DNA of 46,597 nucleotides. It comes from an uncultured Solirubrobacteraceae bacterium. GTDB lineage: Bacteria; Actinomycetota; Thermoleophilia; Solirubrobacterales; Solirubrobacteraceae. Positions within the stretch are counted from its first letter, which is position 1, and each line of letters begins with the position of its first letter. This document shows positions 39,144-46,597 of the stretch, piece by piece. The position numbers and the translations under genes were made by a program. Where the stretch lies: assembly GCA_964588985.1 (NCBI GenBank), contig CAZPQW010000025.1, forward strand, positions 1-46,597. The letters run 5' to 3'. The notes beneath the pieces were generated by a model that worked only from the letters and a program-made list of their open reading frames with translations, was not told where the DNA came from and searched no databases.

Positions 39144-39797
39144 ATGCACACGATCGCAGTCCAGCTCGCGCCCATCCTCGCGGCGGAGAAGAGCAAGACC
39201 CCGTTCTACATCGCGGGCGGCCTGCTCGTGGCCTGGGCGCTGATCCTCTCGCTCGGAATCGGTACGCGCATGCCCGACTTCCCACGCAGCCTTCAGCAGC
39301 AGCGCGGGGTGATGGCGATCACCGCGGTGCTCGTGCTCGCAGCGCTCGTCACCGCGATCGCCACCTCGGGCGGCTCCAAAGCCACGAGCGAGGCGGCGCA
39401 GACGACCAGCACCAGCACGGAAAGCCCGACGCCGAGCGCCACATCCACTTCGACGAGCACCCCCACCGCCACCACCGGCACGCCCGCGCCATCCTCCTCG
39501 CCCGCCGCCGCGAGCACCTCGCTCAGCCTCGCCGCCGACCCCGCCGGCGCGCTCGCCTACAACACCAAGCAGCTGAGCGCGAAGGCAGGCACCGTGACGA
39601 TCACGATGGCGAACGCGTCGCCCGTGGAACACGACGTCGCGATCGCCGAAGGCACCAAGGTGGTGGGCTCCATCCCCGGCTTCATCGGCGGCTCCAAGAA
39701 GCTCACGGTCACGCTCAAACCCGGCAAGTACACGTTCTACTGCACCATTCCCGGACACCGGGCGGCGGGCATGGAAGGCACGCTGACCGTCTCGTGA
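39144..39797 (+). CDS. Membrane-anchored cupredoxin (plastocyanin/azurin-like)
   Basis: Two TMs, a Thr/Ser linker, and type-1 copper ligands in EHDV and YCTIPGHRAAGM. Confidence 0.88.
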   Translation: MHTIAVQLAPILAAEKSKTPFYIAGGLLVAWALILSLGIGTRMPDFPRSLQQQRGVMAITAVLVLAALVTAIATSGGSKATSEAAQTTSTSTESPTPSATSTSTSTPTATTGTPAPSSSPAAASTSLSLAADPAGALAYNTKQLSAKAGTVTITMANASPVEHDVAIAEGTKVVGSIPGFIGGSKKLTVTLKPGKYTFYCTIPGHRAAGMEGTLTVS

Positions 39798-40075
39798 AGC
39801 TGTACGTCTGCTGGGGCACCTTCCCGACGCCGCGCCCCGGCGGCCACCCTTGCGCCAACGCGTTCCACGCGCTGAAGGATGCGGGGCACGACCCCGAGGT
39901 GATCAAGTCCTACGGCTTCGCGCCGCTGCCCGCCGCGCTCAACCAGACGCGCGGGCGCCGCGAGGTGCAGGAGCTGACCGGCAACCGCTGGGTGCCCACC
40001 CTGCTGCTCGACGACGGCACCGTCATCGACGACTCCAAGGCGATCGTCAAGTGGGCGCAGGCCAACCCCGCGTAG
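39794..40075 (+). CDS. Glutaredoxin/GST-N-like thioredoxin-fold protein
   Basis: GTGA overlap. MKLYVCWG...[22 protein letters not shown] (GST-N/Grx pattern). Confidence 0.75.
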   Translation: MKLYVCWGTFPTPRPGGHPCANAFHALKDAGHDPEVIKSYGFAPLPAALNQTRGRREVQELTGNRWVPTLLLDDGTVIDDSKAIVKWAQANPA

Positions 40076-40148
40076 TCCAAGTTTCCAGCGCCGGCTGGCG
40101 AGTCCCGCCGGCGAGTACCGACAACACCCCACAGGAAGGGAGCGCGCA

Positions 40149-40820
40149 ATGGACATCCTTGCAAGGCTCGACGAGACCCGGGCGGCCACGAACGTGCTCG
40201 AGCACCCGTTCTACCAGCGCTGGAGCGCCGGTGAGCTGAGTGCCGAGGAGCTGCGCCGCTACGCCGGCGAGTACCGCCACGCGGTGATCGCGCTCGCGGC
40301 CGCATCCACGCACGCGGCCGACGTCGCCGAGGAGCCCCTCCGCGCCGGCCTGCGCCGCCACGCCGAGGAGGAGACCACGCACGTGAAGCTGTGGGAAGAG
40401 TTCGAGCGCGCACTCGGCAAGCCCTCGGAGCCGCGCGAGCAGCAGGCGCCGGTGGAGCGCGAGCCGCTTCCGCAGACGCAGGCGTGCGCCGACGCGTGGG
40501 ACGCGGGCGAGAGCCTGCTCGAGCGCCTCGCGATCCTCTACGCGATCGAGGCGAGCCAGCCGGAGATCTCGAAGACCAAGCTCGAGGGCCTCGCCGCCCA
40601 CTACGGCTACACCGACGAAGGTCCCGCGACGGAGTACTTCGCGGTGCACGAGCTGCTCGACGTCGAGCACGCGCGTCAGGCGGGCGAGCTGATCGAGCGG
40701 CTGCTGGCCGAGTCGGAGAACCCCGACGAGCAGGCCGAGCGGATGGTCAGCCGTGCGCGCGCCGCGCTGCGCGGCAACTGGCTACTGCTCGACGGCGTCG
40801 AAGCTCCCGCCGGCGCGTAG
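40149..40820 (+). CDS. CADD/PqqC-like heme-oxygenase-like di-metal oxidase
   Basis: [45 protein letters not shown]. Confidence 0.85.
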   Translation: MDILARLDETRAATNVLEHPFYQRWSAGELSAEELRRYAGEYRHAVIALAAASTHAADVAEEPLRAGLRRHAEEETTHVKLWEEFERALGKPSEPREQQAPVEREPLPQTQACADAWDAGESLLERLAILYAIEASQPEISKTKLEGLAAHYGYTDEGPATEYFAVHELLDVEHARQAGELIERLLAESENPDEQAERMVSRARAALRGNWLLLDGVEAPAGA

Positions 40821-41561
40821 GCGCCACGCGAACAGCACGGCCGCCACGGACGTCGCGAGGTTGAGGCTGGAGACGCCCGCGCGCATCGGGATGCTGATGC
40901 GCGCGTCGGCCATCTCCAGCAGCTCGTCGCTCAGTCCGTGGCGCTCGGTGCCGAACGCCAGCACCGCGCGCGGATCGAGCGTCGTCGGATCGAGGCGCTC
41001 GCCGTCGGGGTCGAGCGCGAGCAGCGGCCGGTCGATCCCGGCGAGCTCCTGCAGGCGATCGAGTCTGGACACCGGAAGGGCGAAGTGGAGTCCCGCGGCG
41101 CCGCGCAGTGCGTCGGGGTGCCACGGGTCGTGGCTGCCGCTCGTGAGCACCGCCGCGGCGTCCGCCGCCGCGGACACGCGCACGCACGCGCCCATGTTGC
41201 CCAGGTCGCGCGAGTCCTCCAGCAGGACCACCGGTGCGGCTCGCCGATCGGCCAGCACTGCCGCGGGATCGACCGCGGGGCGCTCCGCGAGCGCCATCAC
41301 GGGCGTCGTCGGCGTGAGCGGCGCGAGCTGCTCGAACACCTCGCGCGCGACCGGTCGCGCGAGCGCGCGCATCTGCTCCCCCACGTCGGGCGCGAGCAGC
41401 GAGGCGAGCCGGTCGAGCTCCACGGGGTCGCTCGTCACCACCTCCAGCAGCGTCGCGCCGAAGCGCAGCGCGTGCTTGAGCGGGTGGAAGCCTTCGAGGA
41501 CCGCCAGCGACGGGTCGCGGCGTGCGCGACCGAAGCGCGGGATGAGCGATCCGTCTTGCAC
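40782..41561 (-). CDS. TrmH/SpoU family RNA 2'-O-methyltransferase
   Basis: GNMGACVR, FGTERHGLS, IPMRAGVSSLNLATS (SPOUT motifs). Confidence 0.9.
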   Translation of the reverse strand: MQDGSLIPRFGRARRDPSLAVLEGFHPLKHALRFGATLLEVVTSDPVELDRLASLLAPDVGEQMRALARPVAREVFEQLAPLTPTTPVMALAERPAVDPAAVLADRRAAPVVLLEDSRDLGNMGACVRVSAAADAAAVLTSGSHDPWHPDALRGAAGLHFALPVSRLDRLQELAGIDRPLLALDPDGERLDPTTLDPRAVLAFGTERHGLSDELLEMADARISIPMRAGVSSLNLATSVAAVLFAWRLRAGGSFDAVEQ

Positions 41562-41634
41562 GCGCCGATGATCGCACGGGGCCGCACGCCGGGAGCCCGC
41601 GGCGCCTGTGACCGCACTAAAGTGGGCGTCTGAG

Positions 41635-42570
41635 ATGAAGCTCGAGGGGATCCACCACATCAGCGCGATCACCGGCGACGCGCGCGGGAACGTCGAGTTC
41701 TACTCCGGCGTGCTCGGCCTGCGGATGGTCAAGCGCACCGTCAACCAGGACGAACCGCGGGTCTACCACCTGTTCTACGGCGACGAGCTCGGCTCGCCCG
41801 GGATGGACCTCACGTTCTTCGAGTACCCCGGCGCCGATCGGGGCATCGCCGGCGCGGGCATGGTCCACCGCATCGTCTGGCGCGTCGCCTCGCCCGCGGC
41901 GCTCGAGTTCTGGCGCGAGCGGCTGCTCGCCCACGACGTGGCCGCGGAGCTGACCGACGGCAGCCTGCTGTTCAGCGACCCCGAGGGCCTCGAACACGAG
42001 CTCGTGCCGGTCTCGACCGAGGACGAGCCGCTGTGTGCAAAGTCCCCCGAGATCCCCGCCGAGCACGCCCTGCAGGGCTTCGACGGCGTGCGCGCATACA
42101 GCAACGCGCCCGTGCGCAGCGAGCGCCTGCTAAGCCGCGCGCTCGGCTTCACCAGGGGCGCGGGCGAGCACTGGGACGTGGTCGGCGAGAACCGCCGCGG
42201 CTTCTACGCGTATGACCCCGCTCCACCCGAGATCAATCGCCGTCAGGGGGCCGGGAGCGTGCACCACGTGGCGTTCGCGTCGCGGATCGACGAGCTCGAG
42301 GCCTGGCGTGAGAAGGTCGCCGAGGCGGGCTCCACGCCCACGCCCGTGGTCGAACGCTTCTACTTCAAATCGGTGTACTTCCGCGAGCCGAGCGGAGTGC
42401 TGTTCGAGCTGGCCACGATCGGCCCCGGCTTCGCCGTGGACGAGGACATCGAGCACCTGGGAGAGCGGCTGTCGCTGCCGCCTCCGTTCGAGCCGCTGCG
42501 CGAGGAGCTCGAAGGCGCGCTCACGCCGCTGCCCTACCCGCCGCCGTGGCGGGTGCAGTCCGACGCCTGA
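41635..42570 (+). CDS. VOC-family ring-cleaving dioxygenase (MhqO-like)
   Basis: GIHHISAI, KRTVNQD...YHLFYGD, VHHVAF, RFYFKSVYFREPSGVLFELAT. Confidence 0.92.
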   Translation: MKLEGIHHISAITGDARGNVEFYSGVLGLRMVKRTVNQDEPRVYHLFYGDELGSPGMDLTFFEYPGADRGIAGAGMVHRIVWRVASPAALEFWRERLLAHDVAAELTDGSLLFSDPEGLEHELVPVSTEDEPLCAKSPEIPAEHALQGFDGVRAYSNAPVRSERLLSRALGFTRGAGEHWDVVGENRRGFYAYDPAPPEINRRQGAGSVHHVAFASRIDELEAWREKVAEAGSTPTPVVERFYFKSVYFREPSGVLFELATIGPGFAVDEDIEHLGERLSLPPPFEPLREELEGALTPLPYPPPWRVQSDA

Positions 42571-42620
42571 CGCACGCTGCCGGTAGCGCCCGGATCTGCG
42601 TCGATCCGACGCAAGTTCGC

Positions 42621-42648
42621 TCAGGGATTCCCTGCAATCTTCCGATAG
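42621..42648 (+). promoter_or_regulatory. Sigma-28 (FliA/WhiG)-like promoter
   Basis: TCAGG-N15-TCCGATAG, ending 7 nt before ATG 42656. Confidence 0.5.
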
Positions 42649-42655
42649 TCGGAGG

Positions 42656-43708
42656 ATGAAGAGTAGTGGGGAGATTCATGGGATCGTCGATCAGTCGGCG
42701 CTGCGCATTCGCGAAGCGACGTTCTCGGCCGGGGTGTGGCTGACCTTCGTTGTGTGCGGGAGCAGCGCGGTGTACCTAGCCTTTACATGGCAACAGCCGA
42801 ACCGCATCGTCATCTCGCTCGCGTTCGGCGGTGGCGCGCTCGGCGGCGCCATCGTGGGCCTGCTCCCGCGCGAGCGGATCGTGCGCAGCCGCTGGCGCGA
42901 GGCCTTCTTCCTCGCCTGGAGCTTGCTCGACCTCGCGTTGATCGTGCTCGGCACGGTCGAGGACGGCGGCACCCGCAGCCCGCTCGCGCTGATCTTCTTC
43001 CTCCCTGTTGTGTTCGCCGCGATGTCCTACCCGACGGCCTCCGTGATGACCGTCGGCGGCGTGTCCGTCGCCGCCTACCTCACGCTCGCCGTGCTCGTCG
43101 GCGGAGCCGGCTGGGGCTACCAGGCGCTGTTCGCCGTGATGCTCGCCTGCGCCGGCGTGCTCAGCGCGTGGCAGGCGCGCAGCCATGACGATCAGCGGCG
43201 TGTGCTGATCGAGGTCTCGCACGCCGACCCGCTGACCGGATGTCTCAACCGACGCGGCTTCGAGGAGCGCGCCCTGGCGGAGATCGGCGCCGCCGCGCGC
43301 TCCTCCGCGCCGGGCGCGGTGCTGCTGCTCGACGTCGACCGTCTCAAGCTCGTCAACGACCGCCAGGGCCACGAGGCGGGCGACGAAATGCTGCGCTGGG
43401 TCGTGCGCACGCTCCAGACGACCGTCCGGCCGACGGACGCGATCGGCCGGCTCGGCGGAGACGAGTTCGCGGTCCTGTTCGCCGACACAAGGGGCGCGGA
43501 TGCGGCCGCGATCTCCTCGCGTGTGACCGTCGCGCTGAGCGAGCGCGCCCCGTGCTCGGTCGGGTTGGCCGAGTTCCCACTCGACGGCACGAGCCTCGAC
43601 GAACTGCTGCGCGAGGCCGACAGGCGTCTGTACGCATCGCGCCACGGGCGCCCGGAGTACCCCCGCATGTCGATCACCGTCCTCGCGCCCGCTCGTCCCA
43701 CAGCCTGA
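42656..43708 (+). CDS. Membrane-bound diguanylate cyclase
   Basis: About six TMs. DPLTGCLNRR, VND..GHEAGD, intact RLGGDEF. Confidence 0.92.
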   Translation: MKSSGEIHGIVDQSALRIREATFSAGVWLTFVVCGSSAVYLAFTWQQPNRIVISLAFGGGALGGAIVGLLPRERIVRSRWREAFFLAWSLLDLALIVLGTVEDGGTRSPLALIFFLPVVFAAMSYPTASVMTVGGVSVAAYLTLAVLVGGAGWGYQALFAVMLACAGVLSAWQARSHDDQRRVLIEVSHADPLTGCLNRRGFEERALAEIGAAARSSAPGAVLLLDVDRLKLVNDRQGHEAGDEMLRWVVRTLQTTVRPTDAIGRLGGDEFAVLFADTRGADAAAISSRVTVALSERAPCSVGLAEFPLDGTSLDELLREADRRLYASRHGRPEYPRMSITVLAPARPTA

Positions 43709-44363
43709 TGTTGCGCCGTCCCGCGCGCAGCGCGCGTCGATCCGCCTGCTCGGCCTGATCCAGACCCGCTTCGGCGAGGTCGAGGTGCGTCTCGAGATCG
43801 GCGCGCGCGTCGTCGGGCTCGGACCACTCGCGCAGGCAGTAGCGCGCCGAGGCCAGCCGCCAGCATGCCCGTCGCAGGCGTTCTCCGAGCGCGAACACCG
43901 CGTCCGAGTCGGCCGGCGGCTCTACGTCGAGCAGCTGCTCGGCCTCGGCAAGGAGGGCACGCAGCCCGCGCTCGAACCGGTCGATCTCCTGCGCCGCCGC
44001 CAGGCGAGCGTTGCGCCACCTCCGATGCTGTGGAGACTCGGGTAGCGGCGGGACCCGCCCGGCGCGGCGCTCGCGTCGCAGGTGGCGCACGCCCGCGCTC
44101 GTCAGCCCCCAGGTCTGGATGCCGTGCACGCGCCCCAGAGCGATCCAGCCGGCGGCCTGCAGCACGTCCAGTCTGATCCGGACCTGCCGCGCGGCGGCCG
44201 AGCGCCTGGAGATGCCGAGGTGTTCGAAGATCGCCCACACGGGAACCGCCGCGGTGTCGCGGGCACGATGGCGGGCGGCGCGGTCGAGGGCCGCCAGCAC
44301 GAGCTCGTCGGTCGGGTCCTCGGCGCGAGCGGCGCCTGAGCCTGGGGGGTCGGGGTTGAGCAT
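43674..44363 (-). CDS. Hypothetical protein, possible winged-helix N-terminus
   Basis: SD AGAGGAG before the ATG. AIFEHLG...RLDVLQAAGWI...WGLTSAG resembles a wHTH. Confidence 0.6.
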   Translation of the reverse strand: MLNPDPPGSGAARAEDPTDELVLAALDRAARHRARDTAAVPVWAIFEHLGISRRSAAARQVRIRLDVLQAAGWIALGRVHGIQTWGLTSAGVRHLRRERRAGRVPPLPESPQHRRWRNARLAAAQEIDRFERGLRALLAEAEQLLDVEPPADSDAVFALGERLRRACWRLASARYCLREWSEPDDARADLETHLDLAEAGLDQAEQADRRALRAGRRNIRLWDERARGR

Positions 44364-44745
44364 CGCCGTCTCCTCTTCTCGGTCACGGTCCCGAGCGGCG
44401 CACGTGCGAGTTCCAGTCGAGTGTCAGCCAGGCATCGGGTGCGTGGTTGAGCGACAATCGACGGGCATCGAGGGTGAGCGACTCGGTGCCGGGCCCGGGG
44501 TGTTAGCGCACCGCCGGGCCACTATTTGCGGGATGTCGCGAGCATAGATCGGCTCGATTCTTCTCGTAACCGCGGTGCCAGAAAGTTCTCCATTTCGACA
44601 CTGTTGGAGCGAGAATTGACACGAAGATGGGAACCGCTCCGATCGCCCGCTCCGTGGGCGGTGCCTGGACGGCGTAGCGTCCCGGACGAGATTGTCCAGA
44701 TCGGATAGTTGTCCGTGCCTGGATGGCGCAATAGACTCGGGGCAG

Positions 44746-45849
44746 ATGTCCTCGAGTGCGGGTACGACGATGGATGTGCCGGGCTCGCATCCTCCGCCGT
44801 CCGGGGACGTGGCCCCGGGTGTGGCAGTGCGCCTAAACGGCGTACGCAAGACATACGGTGACGTGGTCGCCGTGGAGCGGCTCTCGCTTGAGGTGCTCGC
44901 GGGCGAGTTCTTCACGATGCTCGGGCCGTCGGGGTCGGGGAAGACGACCACGCTGCGGGTGATAGCGGGCTTCGAGTTCGCCGACTCCGGGACGGTGGAG
45001 CTCCACGGCGAGGACGTCACCCGCAGCCCGCCCTACCAGCGCCCCGTCAACACCGTCTTCCAGGACTACGCGCTGTTCCCGCACATGAGCGTGCTGGAGA
45101 ACGTCGCGTACGGCCTGCGCGTGTCGGGCGTGGGCAAGCGCGAGCGCGCCGAGCGCGCCGCGCAGGCGCTGGAGATGGTGCGCCTGCCGGGCGTCGAGGG
45201 CCGGCGTCCGATCCAGCTCTCGGGCGGGCAGCGCCAGCGCGTGGCGCTCGCCCGCGCGATCGTCAATCGCCCGCGCGTGCTGCTGCTCGACGAGCCGCTC
45301 GGGGCGCTCGACCTGAAGCTGCGCCAGGAGATGCAGTTCGAGCTGAAGTCGATCCAGCGCGAGCTGAGCGAGCGCATCACCTTCATCTACGTGACCCACG
45401 ACCAGGACGAGGCGCTGACGATGAGCGACCGCATCGCGGTCTTCTCCGAGGGCCGGATCGAGCAGGTCGGCACGCCCGGCGACATCTACGAGCGTCCCGC
45501 CAACGAGTTCGTGGCGGGCTTCGTCGGCACGACGAACATCCTCGAGCGCGACGGACGCAGGTACATGGTGCGCCCTGAGAAGATCCGCCTGCTGGGCGCC
45601 GGCGAGGAGACTGCGCCCGCCGGCGAGCCCGCACCGCTTCGCGGCGTGGTGCGCGAGGTCGCGTATCTGGGCTCGGTCACGCGCTACGTGGTCGAGGCCG
45701 AGCACGGCGAGACGCTCGTCGTGATGCAGCAGAACCTCGACACCACAGCGGCACGGGCGATGGAAGAGCGGGGCCGAAACGTGAGGATCACCTGGCGTGC
45801 GGCGGACGAGTCGGTGCTTGACGAAAACCAACGGGAGGAAGCGAACTGA
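44746..45849 (+). CDS. potA: Polyamine ABC transporter ATP-binding subunit (PotA/YdcT-like)
   Basis: GPSGSGKTT, VFQDYALFPHM, LSGGQRQR, LLLDEPLGALDLKLR, YVTHDQ, TOBE-like C-terminus. Confidence 0.9.
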   Translation: MSSSAGTTMDVPGSHPPPSGDVAPGVAVRLNGVRKTYGDVVAVERLSLEVLAGEFFTMLGPSGSGKTTTLRVIAGFEFADSGTVELHGEDVTRSPPYQRPVNTVFQDYALFPHMSVLENVAYGLRVSGVGKRERAERAAQALEMVRLPGVEGRRPIQLSGGQRQRVALARAIVNRPRVLLLDEPLGALDLKLRQEMQFELKSIQRELSERITFIYVTHDQDEALTMSDRIAVFSEGRIEQVGTPGDIYERPANEFVAGFVGTTNILERDGRRYMVRPEKIRLLGAGEETAPAGEPAPLRGVVREVAYLGSVTRYVVEAEHGETLVVMQQNLDTTAARAMEERGRNVRITWRAADESVLDENQREEAN

Positions 45850-46597
45850 TGAAGCTTGCGAAGATCGACTGGGCAATGGGAGCGGTGCTGGCGCTGATGG
45901 CCATCGGCGTCACCGCATGCGGCAGCTCCTCGAGCACCAGCACGTCGTCGAGCAATCTGCCGACGAGCGTCGGAGCGGGGGAGGGCCAGCTGAACCTGGT
46001 CGCGTGGGAAGGCTACGCGCAGCCGGAATGGGTGAAGCCGTTTGAAAAACAGAGCGGCTGCGTGGTGCACGCGAAGTACGCCGGCTCCTCCGACGAAATG
46101 GTGACGCTGATGCGCCAGGGCGGCGGTAGCCAGTACGACATGGTCTCCGCTTCCGGCGACGCGAGCCTGCGGCTGATCCGCGGCGGCGACGTGGCGGAGA
46201 TGAACGTGGCGCTGGTGCCGGAATGGAAGAACTTCATCCCGCAGCTGCAGTCACCGCCGCACAACACGGTCGACGGCAAGCACTACGGGATCTCGCTGCA
46301 GTGGGGCCCGAACACGCTGCTCTACAGCACCAAGTCGGTGCAGCCGGCGCCCACGAGCTGGGCGGCGATCTACAGCTCGAAGTACAAGGGCGAGATCACC
46401 GTGCCGAACAACCCGATCCAGATCGCAGACGCGGCGCTGTACCTGTCGAAGACGCAGCCGAGCCTCGGCATCACCGACCCGTACGAGTTGACGGAAGCGC
46501 AGCTGAACGCGGCTGTGAGCTTGCTCAAACAGCAGCATCCGCTGATCAAGAAGTACTGGGCGCTCGCCTCGGATGAGATCGAACTGTTCAAGAACGG
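45849..46597 (+). CDS. Polyamine ABC transporter substrate-binding lipoprotein (PotD/YdcS-like), 3'-truncated
   Basis: TGATG overlap. MKLAKIDWAMGAVLALMAIGVTAC lipobox, LNLVAWEGY, SSDEMV, YDMVSASGDAS, QWGPN. Open to the window end. Confidence 0.9.
   Translation, partial: MKLAKIDWAMGAVLALMAIGVTACGSSSSTSTSSSNLPTSVGAGEGQLNLVAWEGYAQPEWVKPFEKQSGCVVHAKYAGSSDEMVTLMRQGGGSQYDMVSASGDASLRLIRGGDVAEMNVALVPEWKNFIPQLQSPPHNTVDGKHYGISLQWGPNTLLYSTKSVQPAPTSWAAIYSSKYKGEITVPNNPIQIADAALYLSKTQPSLGITDPYELTEAQLNAAVSLLKQQHPLIKKYWALASDEIELFKN

Noticed and set aside
40076-40148. TPP riboswitch before a TenA-like gene
   Set aside because: No CTGAGA core and the region is too short; only a simple CGCCGGC/GCCGGCG hairpin is present.
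40782-40820. Convergent 3' overlaps (CADD/trmH, ddl/kinase) as antisense regulation
   Set aside because: Short tail-to-tail overlaps are common in compact high-GC genomes, and there is no further support.

Overview
A very GC-rich chromosomal window. Gene content and order suggest an actinobacterium, probably Thermoleophilia/Solirubrobacterales-like (inference). From left to right: the 5'-truncated gyrA; a CAP-domain protein; a structured ~230-nt intergenic element; an HNH nuclease; pheA; a DUF4446-like gene; and an fhaA-fhaB-pstP-pbpA-pknB-ddl cell-wall signalling operon that lacks rodA and is flanked by two more Ser/Thr kinases. Next come dedA-uppP and a large surface-glycan locus (DUF354, CapD-like dehydratase, LytR-C protein, comA, O-antigen ligase/polymerase, flippase, three glycosyltransferases, priming sugar transferase, ATP-grasp). 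That locus is interrupted by an HD-GYP gene, a vapBC pair and a small Cys/His ORF. The right end holds assorted enzymes (alpha/beta hydrolase, SDR, haloalkane dehalogenase, cupredoxin, glutaredoxin-like, CADD-like di-metal oxidase, TrmH, VOC dioxygenase, GGDEF) and the start of a polyamine ABC transporter. I saw no rRNA, tRNA, CRISPR or transposase. Best candidate for an undescribed system: the 3281-3513 element. It looks like a separately transcribed structured RNA with a 17-nt complement of the 16S rRNA 3' end, a 14-codon ORF and a second SD placed just before that ORF's stop codon. Runner-up: comA embedded in the glycan operon, apparently starting at ATA.
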